NCBI GenBank assembly: GCA_963781755.1 | Contig: CAWAGZ010000004.1 | Coordinates: 272,937-336,936, forward strand | Reading direction: 5' to 3' | Origin: an uncultured Acidobacteriota bacterium | Lineage (GTDB): Bacteria; Acidobacteriota; Thermoanaerobaculia; Multivoradales; JAGPDF01 | DNA length: 64,000 bases | In this document: piece after piece, positions 1-10,022 of the stretch | Layout: each line of letters opens with the position of its first letter | Numbering within the stretch: position 1 is the stretch's first letter | The notes under the pieces: generated by a model | What the model was told of the DNA's origin: nothing | Databases searched by the model: none | The model's input: the letters and a program-made list of their open reading frames with translations, nothing else | Program-made: the position numbers and the translations under genes

Positions 1-1086
1 GCCGGCCTGGACTCGGCGCTGGTCGCGGCTCTGGCCGCCGCGGAGCGCCGCGCCGCCGGCGCCGCGCCGCCCACGGCGCTGACCCTGACCTGGGCCGAGG
101 CGCGCGGCACGCCGGCCGACGAGGAGCCGCTGGCGCGCGCGGTGGCCGCGGCGCTCGGCCTGCCGCACGTGGTGCGCGAGGTCTCGGCCGCCTCCGTCCG
201 CGAGGCGCTGCCCGAGATCCTCGCGGCGATGGACCAGCCCTCGATCGACGGCTTCAACACCTGGCTGGTCGCCCGGCTGGCGCGCGCGGAGGGGTTCAAG
301 GTCGCGCTGTCGGGTCTGGGCGGCGACGAGCTCGCGGGCGGCTATCCGTCGTTTACCGACGTCCCGCGCTGGCGCCGCCGCGCGGTGCTGCTCGACCGGG
401 TCCCGGGACTCGCCGGCATCTGGCCGCCGCTCGCCCGCTCGCGCTTCCCGGAGCGGCCGAAGCTGGCCGGCCTGCTGCGCTTCGGCACCTCGGCCGCGGG
501 CGCCTACTACCTGCGCCGCGGGCTGTTCCTCCCCTCGGAGTGGGAGGCGATGCGGGTGACCGCCGCCGGCCGCCGGCTCGACCTCGCGAACGCCTACGAC
601 CCGGGCCTGGACGCCTGGGAGCACCTGCGCGAGGGTATCCTCGGCCCGACCCGAGGTCTGCTGAAGGACCCCTGGCGCGCGGTGCACCGGATGGAATCCA
701 CGATCTACCTGCGCCACCAGCTCCTGCGCGACGCCGACTGGGCCGGCATGGCCCACGGTGTCGAGATCCGCGTCCCCCTGGTCGATGCGCTGCTGCGCAC
801 GGAGCTCGAGGCCGCGAAGTTCGAGCCCGCCCGCTCGAAGGGCAAGCGCGCTCTGGCCCGCCAGGTCTTCGACCACCTCGCCGCCGACGGCGGCCCGGCG
901 CTCCCGCCCGACCTCGTGACCACCCTGTGCGAGCGCCCGAAGACCGGCTTCCAGCTCCCGATCGCCGACTGGCTCGACCCCGCCCACACCGGCCTCCCGC
1001 GCCCGGTCGGCGCCCAGTCGCGCCGCCTGGCCGAGCTCGTCCTGTCCTCCTTCGGCGTCGAGGTGAGGGATGACGACGGCGGCTGA
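1..1086 (+). CDS. asparagine synthetase (glutamine-hydrolysing) family amidotransferase, C-terminal synthetase domain; 5' end lies outside the window
   Basis: The frame is open from position 1. The translation AGLDSALVAA...SIDGFNTWLVARLARAEGFKVALSGLGGDELAGGYPSF matches the AsnB PP-loop (SGGLDSS-like) and the conserved synthetase region. It sits at the edge of a polysaccharide locus, like EPS-associated AsnB-type amidotransferases. Confidence 0.85.
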   Translation, partial: AGLDSALVAALAAAERRAAGAAPPTALTLTWAEARGTPADEEPLARAVAAALGLPHVVREVSAASVREALPEILAAMDQPSIDGFNTWLVARLARAEGFKVALSGLGGDELAGGYPSFTDVPRWRRRAVLLDRVPGLAGIWPPLARSRFPERPKLAGLLRFGTSAAGAYYLRRGLFLPSEWEAMRVTAAGRRLDLANAYDPGLDAWEHLREGILGPTRGLLKDPWRAVHRMESTIYLRHQLLRDADWAGMAHGVEIRVPLVDALLRTELEAAKFEPARSKGKRALARQVFDHLAADGGPALPPDLVTTLCERPKTGFQLPIADWLDPAHTGLPRPVGAQSRRLAELVLSSFGVEVRDDDGG

Positions 1087-2506
1087 GGGCGCCGCGACGG
1101 CGGAAGAAGCGCGCACGGCGGAGCGGCCGGCCGGCGCCGCGGAGCCGCCGGCGATCGACGTGGACGCGCTGGCCGGCTCGCCGGTCGCGGTCGGCGGCGA
1201 GCTCGAGCCCGGACGCGCGCCGCTGTTCGACCCGGCGCGGCTGACCGACCGGCTGAAGCGCTGGACCGGGATCCTGGCGACGTTCTTCACCGCCCAGGCG
1301 GCGACCCAGGCGGCGAGCCTGACCGCCGGGCTGCTGTTCGTGAATTTCCTGCCGCTCGAGCAGTTCGCCTTCTACACGCTGGCCTCGTCGGTGCTGGTGA
1401 CGCTGGCTTTCGCCACGGACCTGGGCAGCTCGGCGGCGATGCTCCACTTCTTCCACCGCTCGCGCCAGGAGGCAACGAGCTTCGAGCCCTGGGCGGCCGC
1501 GGTGACGTCGCTGCGCCGCCGGCTGTTCGCGCTCGGCGCGCCGGTGGCGGTGGTGGTGCTCTGGGTCTGGGGCACGAAGCGCGGCATCCCGCGCCTGCCG
1601 CTGGCGGCCGCGGAGGTGCTGGTCCTGGCCGCGGCGTGGTTCCAGATCGCGGGCACGATCTCGGTGCTCCGCCTGCGCCTGGAGGACCGCTTCGGTCCCA
1701 GCTACCGGGCGGAGATCCTCGGCGCGGTGACCCGCCTCGCGCTGGCCGCGACGCTGATCGCCGCCGGCTGGCGCCTCGCCTCGCCCGCCCTGGGCACGGC
1801 GATGGCCGCGGCAATGGTCACGGCCTGGCTCGCGCGCGGCGGCGCGGCGGGCGCCCGCGGCGTCGCCGCCGCGGCGATCGCCGCCGGCCGCAAGCAGGTC
1901 GTCCGCTACCTCGCACCGACGCTGCCGAGCGCGGTCTATTTCGCGATCCAGGGTCAGTTCGTGATCTGGCTGGCGGCGACGTTCGGCGGCACGACCAACC
2001 TCGCCCAAGTCGGCGCCCTCGGTCGCCTCGGCCTCCTGGTCGGCTTCTTCTCGAATCTCGGCCAGGTGGTGTTCCTGCCCAAGCTGGTGCAGATCGCCGA
2101 CGAGCGCACGTTCCGCGCCCGCTTCTTCCAGTTCGGTCTCTTCCTGGCCGCTCTGGCCGGCGCGCTGTGGCTCGCCGCCGCGATGGTCCCGCACCTCTTC
2201 CTGCTGCTCCTGGGTCCGAACTACGCGGGCCTGACGAACGAGCTCCTGATCGTCGTCGGCACTTCCGGCGTGACGCTGCTCGGCGGCTACGTGGTGGCGG
2301 TCAACAACGCGCGCTCGTGGAACCGCTGGCAGGTCGGCGCGCTCACCTTCCTGGTCCTCTGCCAGATCGCCCTGGCGTTTTCGCTGCCCCTGAACACGAC
2401 CGCCGGCGTCCTCTGGTTCGGTCTGGGCTCGGCGGTGGCGGGATCCTTCGCTCAGAGCCTCATTCTGATCCTCGGATTCGCGAGGCCCCGGTGGGTCCGA
2501 TGGTAG
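1070..2506 (+). CDS. polysaccharide flippase/exporter, Wzx-like (MOP superfamily) multi-TM membrane protein
   Basis: The 478-aa ORF has about 12 hydrophobic segments. ATG at 1070 is preceded by AGGTGAGGG and overlaps the upstream stop. The locus context is polysaccharide biosynthesis. Confidence 0.7.
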   Translation: MTTAAEGAATAEEARTAERPAGAAEPPAIDVDALAGSPVAVGGELEPGRAPLFDPARLTDRLKRWTGILATFFTAQAATQAASLTAGLLFVNFLPLEQFAFYTLASSVLVTLAFATDLGSSAAMLHFFHRSRQEATSFEPWAAAVTSLRRRLFALGAPVAVVVLWVWGTKRGIPRLPLAAAEVLVLAAAWFQIAGTISVLRLRLEDRFGPSYRAEILGAVTRLALAATLIAAGWRLASPALGTAMAAAMVTAWLARGGAAGARGVAAAAIAAGRKQVVRYLAPTLPSAVYFAIQGQFVIWLAATFGGTTNLAQVGALGRLGLLVGFFSNLGQVVFLPKLVQIADERTFRARFFQFGLFLAALAGALWLAAAMVPHLFLLLLGPNYAGLTNELLIVVGTSGVTLLGGYVVAVNNARSWNRWQVGALTFLVLCQIALAFSLPLNTTAGVLWFGLGSAVAGSFAQSLILILGFARPRWVRW

Positions 2507-3066
2507 GCGGGGCCAGCGTCCGGCGCCTCAACCTCGGTTGTGGCCGGGATCATCGAGCGGATTACCTCAACGTGGACAGCGTGAGCGATGTCGAGCCGGA
2601 TCTGCTCTGGGACCTCGACTCTCTGCCGCTGCCGCTCCCTGATGGCCATTTCTCTGAGATTCTCGCTCTGGACGTCGTCGAGCATCTGAGCAGCATCGTC
2701 GCATTCATGGGGGAGGCCCACCGGCTTCTCGTGGACGGCGGTGAGCTTCGGATCACGACGCCGCACTTCTCCTGCTCGAATACCTTCAGGGACCCGACGC
2801 ACCGCTGGCACTTATCCTATTTCTCGTTCGATTACTTCACGGACGAGCACCCGCTCGCTCACTACTCGAAGGCGCGGTTTCGGGTCGTTCATCGCCAGAT
2901 CGCTTTTCACAATTCGCTGGTGAATCGCTTGGTCTCACGCCTTGCGAACCGATACCCCGAGCGCTATGAGCAGCGATACGCCTGGAGCTTCCCAGCATGG
3001 TTCCTGGAGTTTCGACTCGCCGCCGTGAAGGGCGGATCGGCCGAGCCGATGAGAGCGCCAGGATGA
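2500..3066 (+). CDS. class I SAM-dependent methyltransferase
   Basis: The NLGCG...LDVVEHL motif matches SAM-binding motif I and post-I. ATG at 2500 overlaps the upstream stop (ATGGTAG). The preceding 1636-2499 stretch of the same ORF is Arg-rich junk antisense to the flippase gene. Confidence 0.75.
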   Translation: MVGGASVRRLNLGCGRDHRADYLNVDSVSDVEPDLLWDLDSLPLPLPDGHFSEILALDVVEHLSSIVAFMGEAHRLLVDGGELRITTPHFSCSNTFRDPTHRWHLSYFSFDYFTDEHPLAHYSKARFRVVHRQIAFHNSLVNRLVSRLANRYPERYEQRYAWSFPAWFLEFRLAAVKGGSAEPMRAPG

Positions 3067-4178
3067 AGGTCGTTCTGGTGAGTCCGACGTGCGCGGATAC
3101 GGAGATCGCCCAGGGCGGCGGCGAGCGCTACGTCGAGGAGTTGGCGAAGGCCCTCGCGGACCGGGTCGAGACGCGCCTGGTCTCGTTCGGCCGGGAGCGC
3201 AAGAGGGAGCGCCCGAAGCCGGGCCTCGAGCGCGTGATCCTGAAGAGCTGGACCCGCGACCCGCTGACGCCGTTCGCGCCGGGGCTGCGCAAGGCGATCC
3301 GTGGCTTCGACGTGGTGCACTGCTTCCAGTACTACACGTTGCCGACGTTCCTCGCCGCGTTCTTCGGCCACCGGCAGAGGAGCCGCGTCTTCGTGACGGA
3401 CCTGGGCGGCGGCGGCTGGACCCCCGGCTACCAGATCGACCAGTCGCGCTGGATCGACGGCCACCTCCCGATCTCGGAGTACGCGGCGACGATGCTTCCC
3501 CGCGGCCGCCCGAAGCCGGTTCACGTGATCTACGGCGGCGTGGACCTCGAGAAGTTCAAGATGCGCGAGAAACCGGAGCACGACGGCTCGGTGGTCTTCC
3601 TCGGCCGCCTCCTCCCGCACAAGGGCGTTCACTACCTGATCGACGCGATGCCCCCCGACCGCACCCTCCACGTCATCGGCCCGATCGCCGACGAGACCTA
3701 CCTCGCCGACCTCCACCGCCGCGCGGAAGGTAAGCGCGTCGAGTTTCACCACGGTCTTTCGGACGAGGAAGTCGTCGGTTACCTGCAGCAGGCGATGGTC
3801 TACGTCCACCCGACACCGGTGGACGAGAACGGTTCGGCGGGGGTGAACGAGCTGCTCGGATTGGCTGTACTGGAGGCGATGGCGTGCGGTTGCCCCGCGG
3901 TGGTCACAAGTGTTGCCTCTCTCCAGGAGATCCTGGCGGACGAAGCAGCCGGCTTCGAGGTGCCCGCCTGTGACAGGGAGGCCTTGAGACAGAGTATCGA
4001 GAGGACCGCCGCCGAGAAGGAGTGGTGGAAGCTCTCGAGAGCGGCCCGGCGGGTTGTCGAGGCTTGTTTCGCCTGGGACCTGACCGCGGCGAGCTGCATG
4101 GTTGAGTACGCGATCTCCTCGGATTCGGGGCATGAGGCGCCGGATCGTCGGGCGGCCGAGGAGAAGAGCCTCGCATGA
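3063..4178 (+). CDS. glycosyltransferase family 4
   Basis: The MKVVLVSP N-terminus and the C-terminal GT4 motifs (VHPT...E..G..LEAMACGCPAVVTS) are present. ATG at 3063 overlaps the upstream stop (ATGA). Confidence 0.8.
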   Translation: MKVVLVSPTCADTEIAQGGGERYVEELAKALADRVETRLVSFGRERKRERPKPGLERVILKSWTRDPLTPFAPGLRKAIRGFDVVHCFQYYTLPTFLAAFFGHRQRSRVFVTDLGGGGWTPGYQIDQSRWIDGHLPISEYAATMLPRGRPKPVHVIYGGVDLEKFKMREKPEHDGSVVFLGRLLPHKGVHYLIDAMPPDRTLHVIGPIADETYLADLHRRAEGKRVEFHHGLSDEEVVGYLQQAMVYVHPTPVDENGSAGVNELLGLAVLEAMACGCPAVVTSVASLQEILADEAAGFEVPACDREALRQSIERTAAEKEWWKLSRAARRVVEACFAWDLTAASCMVEYAISSDSGHEAPDRRAAEEKSLA

Positions 4179-4263
4179 GCTCCAATGCGGCCGCGCGGAC
4201 GTTCGGTAGGGCGGGCGCCACGAGGCGATCCCGAGCTACCGCAGGCGAGGACGTGTCTCGGGG

Positions 4264-5352
4264 ATGAGGGTTCTCGTGGTCTCGCACCCGCCGCTTCTCC
4301 CGGAGCTCGGCGCGGCCCAGATCGCCCTGTCGCTGGCTCGCGGACTGGAGTTGGAAGGCCATGAAGTCCGCTCTTGGAGCGCCGCTCCCGTTGGAGAGAA
4401 CGAACGGAGCTTGGCCCAGAGCGGAGATGGCCAGCGTCGACTCGAGGAGTTGATCGCGGCCGACGGACCGTTCGACGTTATCGACGCCCCGGCGGACCTC
4501 ATCGGAGATGGAGTCCGTGGAGCAGGGTTCGTGGTCGCGAGATCCGTGCAACCGGAGCTGGAATATCGGTGGGTCGAGCTCCTCGAGCAGTTGCGTCGGA
4601 ATCCCCTCTCGCCGCACCTCTTTCTGAATGCTTTGCGGTCTGCCCGCACGGTCGCTCGGATTCGACGAGGCTGGCGGCGCTCCTCGCTAGTGCTCTGCCT
4701 GGGCACGACGGAGAAGCGCTGGATGGAGAGGCGATACCCTGGCCTGAGGCGAGTTCTGGCCAGCTATCGCATCGCGCCTCCTCCGGCAGACCGGGAGGTC
4801 TTTCGAGGTGTCAGAGGTCGGCGCAGCGCGGGCGGAGTCGGCGCGGCGGGGCGACGCTTCCTCTGGCTGGGCCGTTGGTCAGCCCACAAGGGTACGAGAC
4901 ACCTGACGTCCTTTCTCCGAGGGCTGCGAGAAGGTGATCGAGTGACCGTGGCCGGATGTGGCTCGGATGGCGTCCACCAGCTCTCGTCACTCGGGCTCTC
5001 CGAGGACCGTTTGGAGATCGTGCCCCGATTCCAGCGCTCGGAGCTGGGAGGACTCCTCGAACGCCACGACTCGGGCCTATTTACAAGCCTGGCGGAAGGG
5101 TGGGGTCTGGGCCTCCAGGAGATGCTCGAGTCGGGATTGCCGGTCTTTGCTACGCGTGCCGGCTGCGTGACGGACCTGGAGCCGTATTTCGGCTCTCGAA
5201 TCTCTCCCTTCCCCCCTCCTGCGCAAGGACCCGAGCCGCACGCCCTGGGACAAGTCGATTGGATGCGCTACGAGAAGGCGTTCAACTGGCAGGCGATCGC
5301 CCGGGAATACATCGTCCTCGTGGACTCTATGCGCCGAGGAAGCGGGCCATGA
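4264..5352 (+). CDS. glycosyltransferase family 4
   Basis: It has the MRVLVVSHPP N-terminus and GT-B fold motifs, and a compositionally normal 362-aa ORF. Confidence 0.75.
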   Translation: MRVLVVSHPPLLPELGAAQIALSLARGLELEGHEVRSWSAAPVGENERSLAQSGDGQRRLEELIAADGPFDVIDAPADLIGDGVRGAGFVVARSVQPELEYRWVELLEQLRRNPLSPHLFLNALRSARTVARIRRGWRRSSLVLCLGTTEKRWMERRYPGLRRVLASYRIAPPPADREVFRGVRGRRSAGGVGAAGRRFLWLGRWSAHKGTRHLTSFLRGLREGDRVTVAGCGSDGVHQLSSLGLSEDRLEIVPRFQRSELGGLLERHDSGLFTSLAEGWGLGLQEMLESGLPVFATRAGCVTDLEPYFGSRISPFPPPAQGPEPHALGQVDWMRYEKAFNWQAIAREYIVLVDSMRRGSGP

Positions 5353-6542
5353 CCGCAGAAGATGCACGCGGCGCAACTGCACCCGAGTCCTTGCAGAGTT
5401 CCCGAGAGAACTTCAGTGCTCCACTCCGACTCAACGTCTACTTGACTTGCGAAGCCGACGAGAGCCTCGGCTCGGCCTACGTGGCGTTGGGCTTCGCTAG
5501 AGGCCTGGCGGGACGAGGTCACGCCGTGAAGATCCGCGAGCCGAGAGACTACGAGCCGCTTCGCGGCTGGGGACGTGCAAACTTCTATCGCCAGTCGGTA
5601 GGGCTCGCCAGGCAGGCAATGCGCGACGTGCGGAACGACTGCCCCGACATCGTGCTCTTCTATGGTGGCGAATCCTGGCTCGCCATCGAGCGGCTCTCGA
5701 AGCTCGGTCGCAGCAGGCCGTTGATTGTCGTGCACTCGAACGGGCTCGAGCCTCACATGTCCTTGCTCATGCGTCGAGCCGAAGAATTCGGACGAGTGAG
5801 ACGGCGCCGCTGGTTCCAATTCGATCTCTCGGGCCTCGCTGAGCGGGGCTTCCGGAGGGTCGACGGGCTCGTCCTCGTAAGCCAATTCGATGGTGCGTTC
5901 GCCGCTTCGAGAGCTCTCCCGAGAAGCGCCCGCAGACTCGTAATCGAGAATCCCATTCCGGAGTTGTTTCTGTCTCCGCTGGGTGAGCTAGAGCGAGAGA
6001 ACGTCGTCGGCTACTGCGGTGGATGGACGGAGATCAAGGGTGTCGATCAGGTCCGCGTGGAGATTCCGCACTTCCTGCGGCGTAACGTCGACTGGAGGTT
6101 CCGCATTCTCGGAGCCGAATGCGAACTGCTCGCCGAGGATTTCCCGCCGGACGTTCGCAGCAGGATCGAGTCCGTGCCCCGGGGTTCGAGGGAGGGCAGC
6201 TTGCTGCGGGAGTACGATCGCCTGGCGGTTCTCGTGGCTCCTTCCATCTACGAGAGTTTCGGACTAGTCGTGGCGGAGGCCATGTCGAGAGGGTGCGCAG
6301 TCGTGGCTACGCCGGTCGGGTTCGCCGCGAGCCTCGAGAGCGGCGAAGAAGCGATTCACTGCGATAGCGAGAAGCCCGGGTCCTTGGCGGAGGCTCTCGA
6401 GCGGCTTGCGCGGAGCCCGGAAACCAGGGCGCGACTCGCCCGGAAGGGTCGAGCGCGGGTCGAGTCCCTGAGATGGAGCAGCGCGATCGATGCCCTCGAG
6501 AGCACGCTGATTCGCTGGAGACGAGAGGTTGGACTTGCCTGA
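5349..6542 (+). CDS. glycosyltransferase family 4
   Basis: An internal ATG at 5349 overlaps the upstream stop (ATGA). The C-terminal ESFGLVVAEAMSRGCAVVATPVG motif is typical of GT4. The upstream part of the 4956 ORF is junk. Confidence 0.75.
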   Translation: MTAEDARGATAPESLQSSRENFSAPLRLNVYLTCEADESLGSAYVALGFARGLAGRGHAVKIREPRDYEPLRGWGRANFYRQSVGLARQAMRDVRNDCPDIVLFYGGESWLAIERLSKLGRSRPLIVVHSNGLEPHMSLLMRRAEEFGRVRRRRWFQFDLSGLAERGFRRVDGLVLVSQFDGAFAASRALPRSARRLVIENPIPELFLSPLGELERENVVGYCGGWTEIKGVDQVRVEIPHFLRRNVDWRFRILGAECELLAEDFPPDVRSRIESVPRGSREGSLLREYDRLAVLVAPSIYESFGLVVAEAMSRGCAVVATPVGFAASLESGEEAIHCDSEKPGSLAEALERLARSPETRARLARKGRARVESLRWSSAIDALESTLIRWRREVGLA

Positions 6543-7584
6543 CCGGGGCCGTCGATCGGCCGCGGGTTGGGCTGGCGGTGGCTCCGCGGGCCCCGAAACG
6601 ACGGGGAACGGTCTCAACCTCCAGATCGCGCCCCCAGGCGGCGGCGTCGCCGCCTACGCCGAGTGCCTAGCTCGCCACATGCCAGATTCACGAGTGCAGC
6701 TTCTCTCCGACCATGGCCGGGTACACGCTGCAGTCTCGGCCGCGCGACCACGTTCCCTGCTCCTCCAGTACGCCGGCTACGGCTTTCAGCCGCGGGGAGT
6801 TCCGAGCGGCATCCTCTCCGCAGTCGATTCACTCCGTGCCGCCGCTCCGGATTGCAAGATCGGAATCTTCTTCCACGAGGTCCATGCATTTGGTCCGCCT
6901 TGGAGGAGTTCCTTCTGGCTAATGCCGATTCAGCGCTCGCTGGCCCGGCGCCTGCTCGAACATTCCGACGCTGCGGCCACCAGCCTCCCTCGGTACAAAC
7001 AGCGGCTGGGATCGGCTCGCCACGGAAGCCATGTCGAGGTCCTACCGATCCCTTCAACGGTTGGTGAACCGAAGAATGTCGCGGATTGGCAGACGCGACC
7101 GAGGCGGCTGGTCGTCTTCGGTGGTGAGGGAGTTCGGAGCCGGGCCTGGAGCGCCGAGCGGGCCGCCCTTGAATCGAGCTTGTCGGTCATCGAAGTGGAC
7201 GAGATCGTGGACATCGGACCCGGCGATGTGGCGCCGGATCGGATCGGCGGCGTGCGTGTAGTCGCGCGGGGTGCGATCGAGCCGTCCGAGGTGAGTCGAG
7301 AGCTCGCCGGCTCAAGATTCGGTTTCATCGCCTATCCGCCGGACTACCTCGACAAGTCGACGGTGTTCGCTTCCTATCTCGCTCACGGATTGGCGCCACT
7401 CGTGGCGTGGTCGGGCCTACGGGGGCGCGGCCCGGAGGCGGGAGAGACTTGGCTCCGAGCGGGGAAGGGGATCGGAAACGATGAGGTGCTGGCGAAAGTT
7501 GCCAGTCACTCGGCTGCCGCATACGAGCCGCGCTCCCTGGCCCGCCACGTTCGTTTCTGGATCCGGAGCCTCGCTGGAGCGTGA
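6529..7584 (+). CDS. hypothetical protein, glycosyltransferase-like (GT-B-like two-domain pattern); start uncertain
   Basis: A 351-aa ORF fills the gap between two glycosyltransferase genes and has 4-bp overlaps on both sides. It has weak GT-B-like features. Confidence 0.45.
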   Translation: MDLPDRGRRSAAGWAGGGSAGPETTGNGLNLQIAPPGGGVAAYAECLARHMPDSRVQLLSDHGRVHAAVSAARPRSLLLQYAGYGFQPRGVPSGILSAVDSLRAAAPDCKIGIFFHEVHAFGPPWRSSFWLMPIQRSLARRLLEHSDAAATSLPRYKQRLGSARHGSHVEVLPIPSTVGEPKNVADWQTRPRRLVVFGGEGVRSRAWSAERAALESSLSVIEVDEIVDIGPGDVAPDRIGGVRVVARGAIEPSEVSRELAGSRFGFIAYPPDYLDKSTVFASYLAHGLAPLVAWSGLRGRGPEAGETWLRAGKGIGNDEVLAKVASHSAAAYEPRSLARHVRFWIRSLAGA

Positions 7585-8603
7585 GGATCTTGATCCACTC
7601 CCCGGCTTTCCTTCCCCAGGTGGGTGGCCTGGAGATTCAGACGGCGATGCTCGCGAGGGGTCTCGTCGATCTGGGCGACGACGTCACGGTCCTGACCCGG
7701 ACCCCTGGTGGCGGCGAGGCAGAGAGCTACTCCGTCGTCCGGAATCCGAATCCGCGCGAGTTCCTGAATAGCGTCCGTCGGAGCGAGGTAGTCCTGCATC
7801 AGAATCTCTCGCTCCGAGGGCTCTGGCCTCTGGCGGTGGTCCGTCGACCGCTCGTAGTAGCTCATCACAGTTGGTATCGCCGCACCGACGGGAGTGCGGG
7901 AGTTCGCGACTGGATCAAGCGAAGAGTCGTTGCGAGAGTCGCTGGCTCGATCTCGGTTAGTCGGGCGATCGCGGAAGATCTGAAGTCGGAATCCAGAGTG
8001 GTTCCAAACGCCTACCGTGACGAGCTGTTTCGTGACACGGGCGCTCCGGAACGCATTCGAACCCTTCTCTTCGTTGGACGGTTGGTATCCGACAAGGGTG
8101 CGGACCTTCTGATCGAAGCGCTCGCTCGCCTCGCGCTGGGGGGCCGTAGGCCCGACCTCACCGTGGTCGGGGCAGGTCCCGACCGGGTCGGTCTGGAAGG
8201 CCTCGCGGCTCGTCTCGGTGTCGAGCGCCAAGTCGAGTTTGCCGGGCTGCTGGAGGACGCCCGTTTGTCGGAAGCCTATCGAGCGCACAAGATCGTCGTC
8301 GTGCCGTCTCGTTACGAGGAGCCCTTCGGAATCGTCGCGCTCGAAGCGATTGCCTCGGGATGCGTCGTCGTTGCCTCGGAGGGGGGCGGCCTGCGGGATG
8401 CCGTGGGCCCGTGTGGCCTGCTCTTCGCCAATGGCGATGTGCCGGCGCTCGCCGATGCTCTCTCTCGCCTTCTCGATTCTCCGGAAGAAATTGAGGGCCT
8501 CAGGAAGGAGGCACCGAATCACCTCGAGCGCCACCGCCCGGGAGCCATGGTCCTGGCCTACCGGGAGGTGCTCGCGCGGGCCGTGGCCGGAGGGTCGGAG
8601 TGA
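7581..8603 (+). CDS. glycosyltransferase family 4
   Basis: The MRILIHSPAFLPQVGGLE N-terminus and EPFGIVALEAIASGCVVVAS motif are present. Confidence 0.8.
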   Translation: MRILIHSPAFLPQVGGLEIQTAMLARGLVDLGDDVTVLTRTPGGGEAESYSVVRNPNPREFLNSVRRSEVVLHQNLSLRGLWPLAVVRRPLVVAHHSWYRRTDGSAGVRDWIKRRVVARVAGSISVSRAIAEDLKSESRVVPNAYRDELFRDTGAPERIRTLLFVGRLVSDKGADLLIEALARLALGGRRPDLTVVGAGPDRVGLEGLAARLGVERQVEFAGLLEDARLSEAYRAHKIVVVPSRYEEPFGIVALEAIASGCVVVASEGGGLRDAVGPCGLLFANGDVPALADALSRLLDSPEEIEGLRKEAPNHLERHRPGAMVLAYREVLARAVAGGSE

Positions 8604-10022
8604 TTCTCCGGGCCGGAGTCGTCCTGCTGGTCCTCGTGGCCGCCGGTTGGGCGGCGCGAAACTGGCGCCGCGGGCTCGAGGCGGCTCTGCTTCTACTGGT
8701 CTTCGAGGGAGCGCTCAGGAAGTGGGTGGTTCCGTCTGCTTCGAGTTACGTGTACTTCGCGAAGGACCTCCTGCTGCTCGGCGTCTACTCCGGTTTTCTT
8801 CGCGAGAGGAAGTCTCGAGCTCGTTTCGGTCGCGATCCCCGAGGTGTTGATCCTGACCCTGGGGGTCGCTGCGACGATCGCGATGCTGGACATCTTCAAC
8901 CCTCACCTGCCGAATCTGCTGGTCGGGATCCTCGGGTTCAAGGCCTATTTCTTCTACGTTCCGCTTCTCTGGGTCGTCCCTGTCGCCTACCGGGACGAAC
9001 AGGCGGTCGCGACCTTCATCAAGCGCTATCTCGTGGTGGCGATCCCGGTGGCGCTTCTCGCGGTGGCGCAGTTCTTCAGTCCGGGAGGAAGCTGGATCAA
9101 CACCTATGCCCGGACCGAGGGACCGTCGGCGACCGCGATCACCTTCGGAGCGGTGGAGAACGTTCGGGTGACCGGGACCTTCTCCTTCATTACCGGTTAC
9201 GGTTCCTATCTCCAGGTCATCTCCTTCCTCGCGTTGACCCTCCTGGCCGTGCGTCGTTGGCGGTTCCGGGGCAGTCTGATCGGCTACTCCGGGCTGGCCC
9301 TCGCCGTCCTGGGGATGCTGATGACGGGATCCAGAGGACCAGTGTTCACCCTGATCATCTTCCTCCCGATCTACTGGCTCCTCGGCGTGGCACGGGAAGG
9401 TGGCGTGCCGGCGCTCGGACGGTTCCTCCTGGGGATCGGACTGGTTGCATCCATCGTCAACGTCGTCGGTGCGGATGCGGTGGAGGCCTTTCGAGCTCGG
9501 GCGGCCGGGTCGTCGGACGTACAGAGTCGGATCATTCAGCCATTCCTCAACCCGATTCGGATCGCGCCGGAAGTGGGGATCGCCGGATACGGAACCGGGG
9601 CGACGCACCAGATGGCCGAGGTGGTCGCTCCGGGTCTCTATCCATACTCCTGGCTGGAGGGATTCCAGTTCGAGGACGAGCCGAGCCGGGTCATGGTCGA
9701 GCTCGGCTTCCTGGGATTCCTGGCGTTCTTCGCGGCGAGGACCGGTCTCGTCTTCCTCGCTCTGCGAGCCGTCTTCCGGTTGAAGCGACCGCTTCCCCGC
9801 GCCCTCGCGCTCTCCTGCCTGCTGCTCTTCCTCGCGCAGCTCACCGGAGGCGTGGTGTTCAACGTCACCGAGGACGTCTACTACTGGTACTTCGGCGGTT
9901 TGCTCTTCTTGGCCGAACGGCTGGAGCGCGACGCGCGGGTGAAAGTGCCGCCAGCTCGCGAGCGGTGGCGCGCCGAGCGGGATCGCGGCAGGGGAGTGGC
10001 CGTGGCGGGGGTCGCCGGGTGA
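8600..10022 (+). CDS. Wzy-type polysaccharide polymerase / O-antigen ligase family membrane protein, interrupted by a +1 frameshift near 8794-8797
   Basis: The N-terminal TM segment is in frame 2 (8600 to about 8797: MILRAGVVLLVLVAAG...YVYFAKDLLLLGVYSGF). The rest of the multi-TM protein is in frame 0 (to 10022). Removing one T from the TTTT run at 8794-8797 restores a continuous 474-aa protein (..YSGFFARGSLELVSVAIPEVLILTLGV..). Confidence 0.65.

Noticed and set aside
353-2194. 613-aa minus-strand ORF
   Set aside because: It is extremely Arg/Gly/Ala-rich and antisense to the AsnB-like and flippase genes, a typical high-GC antisense artefact.
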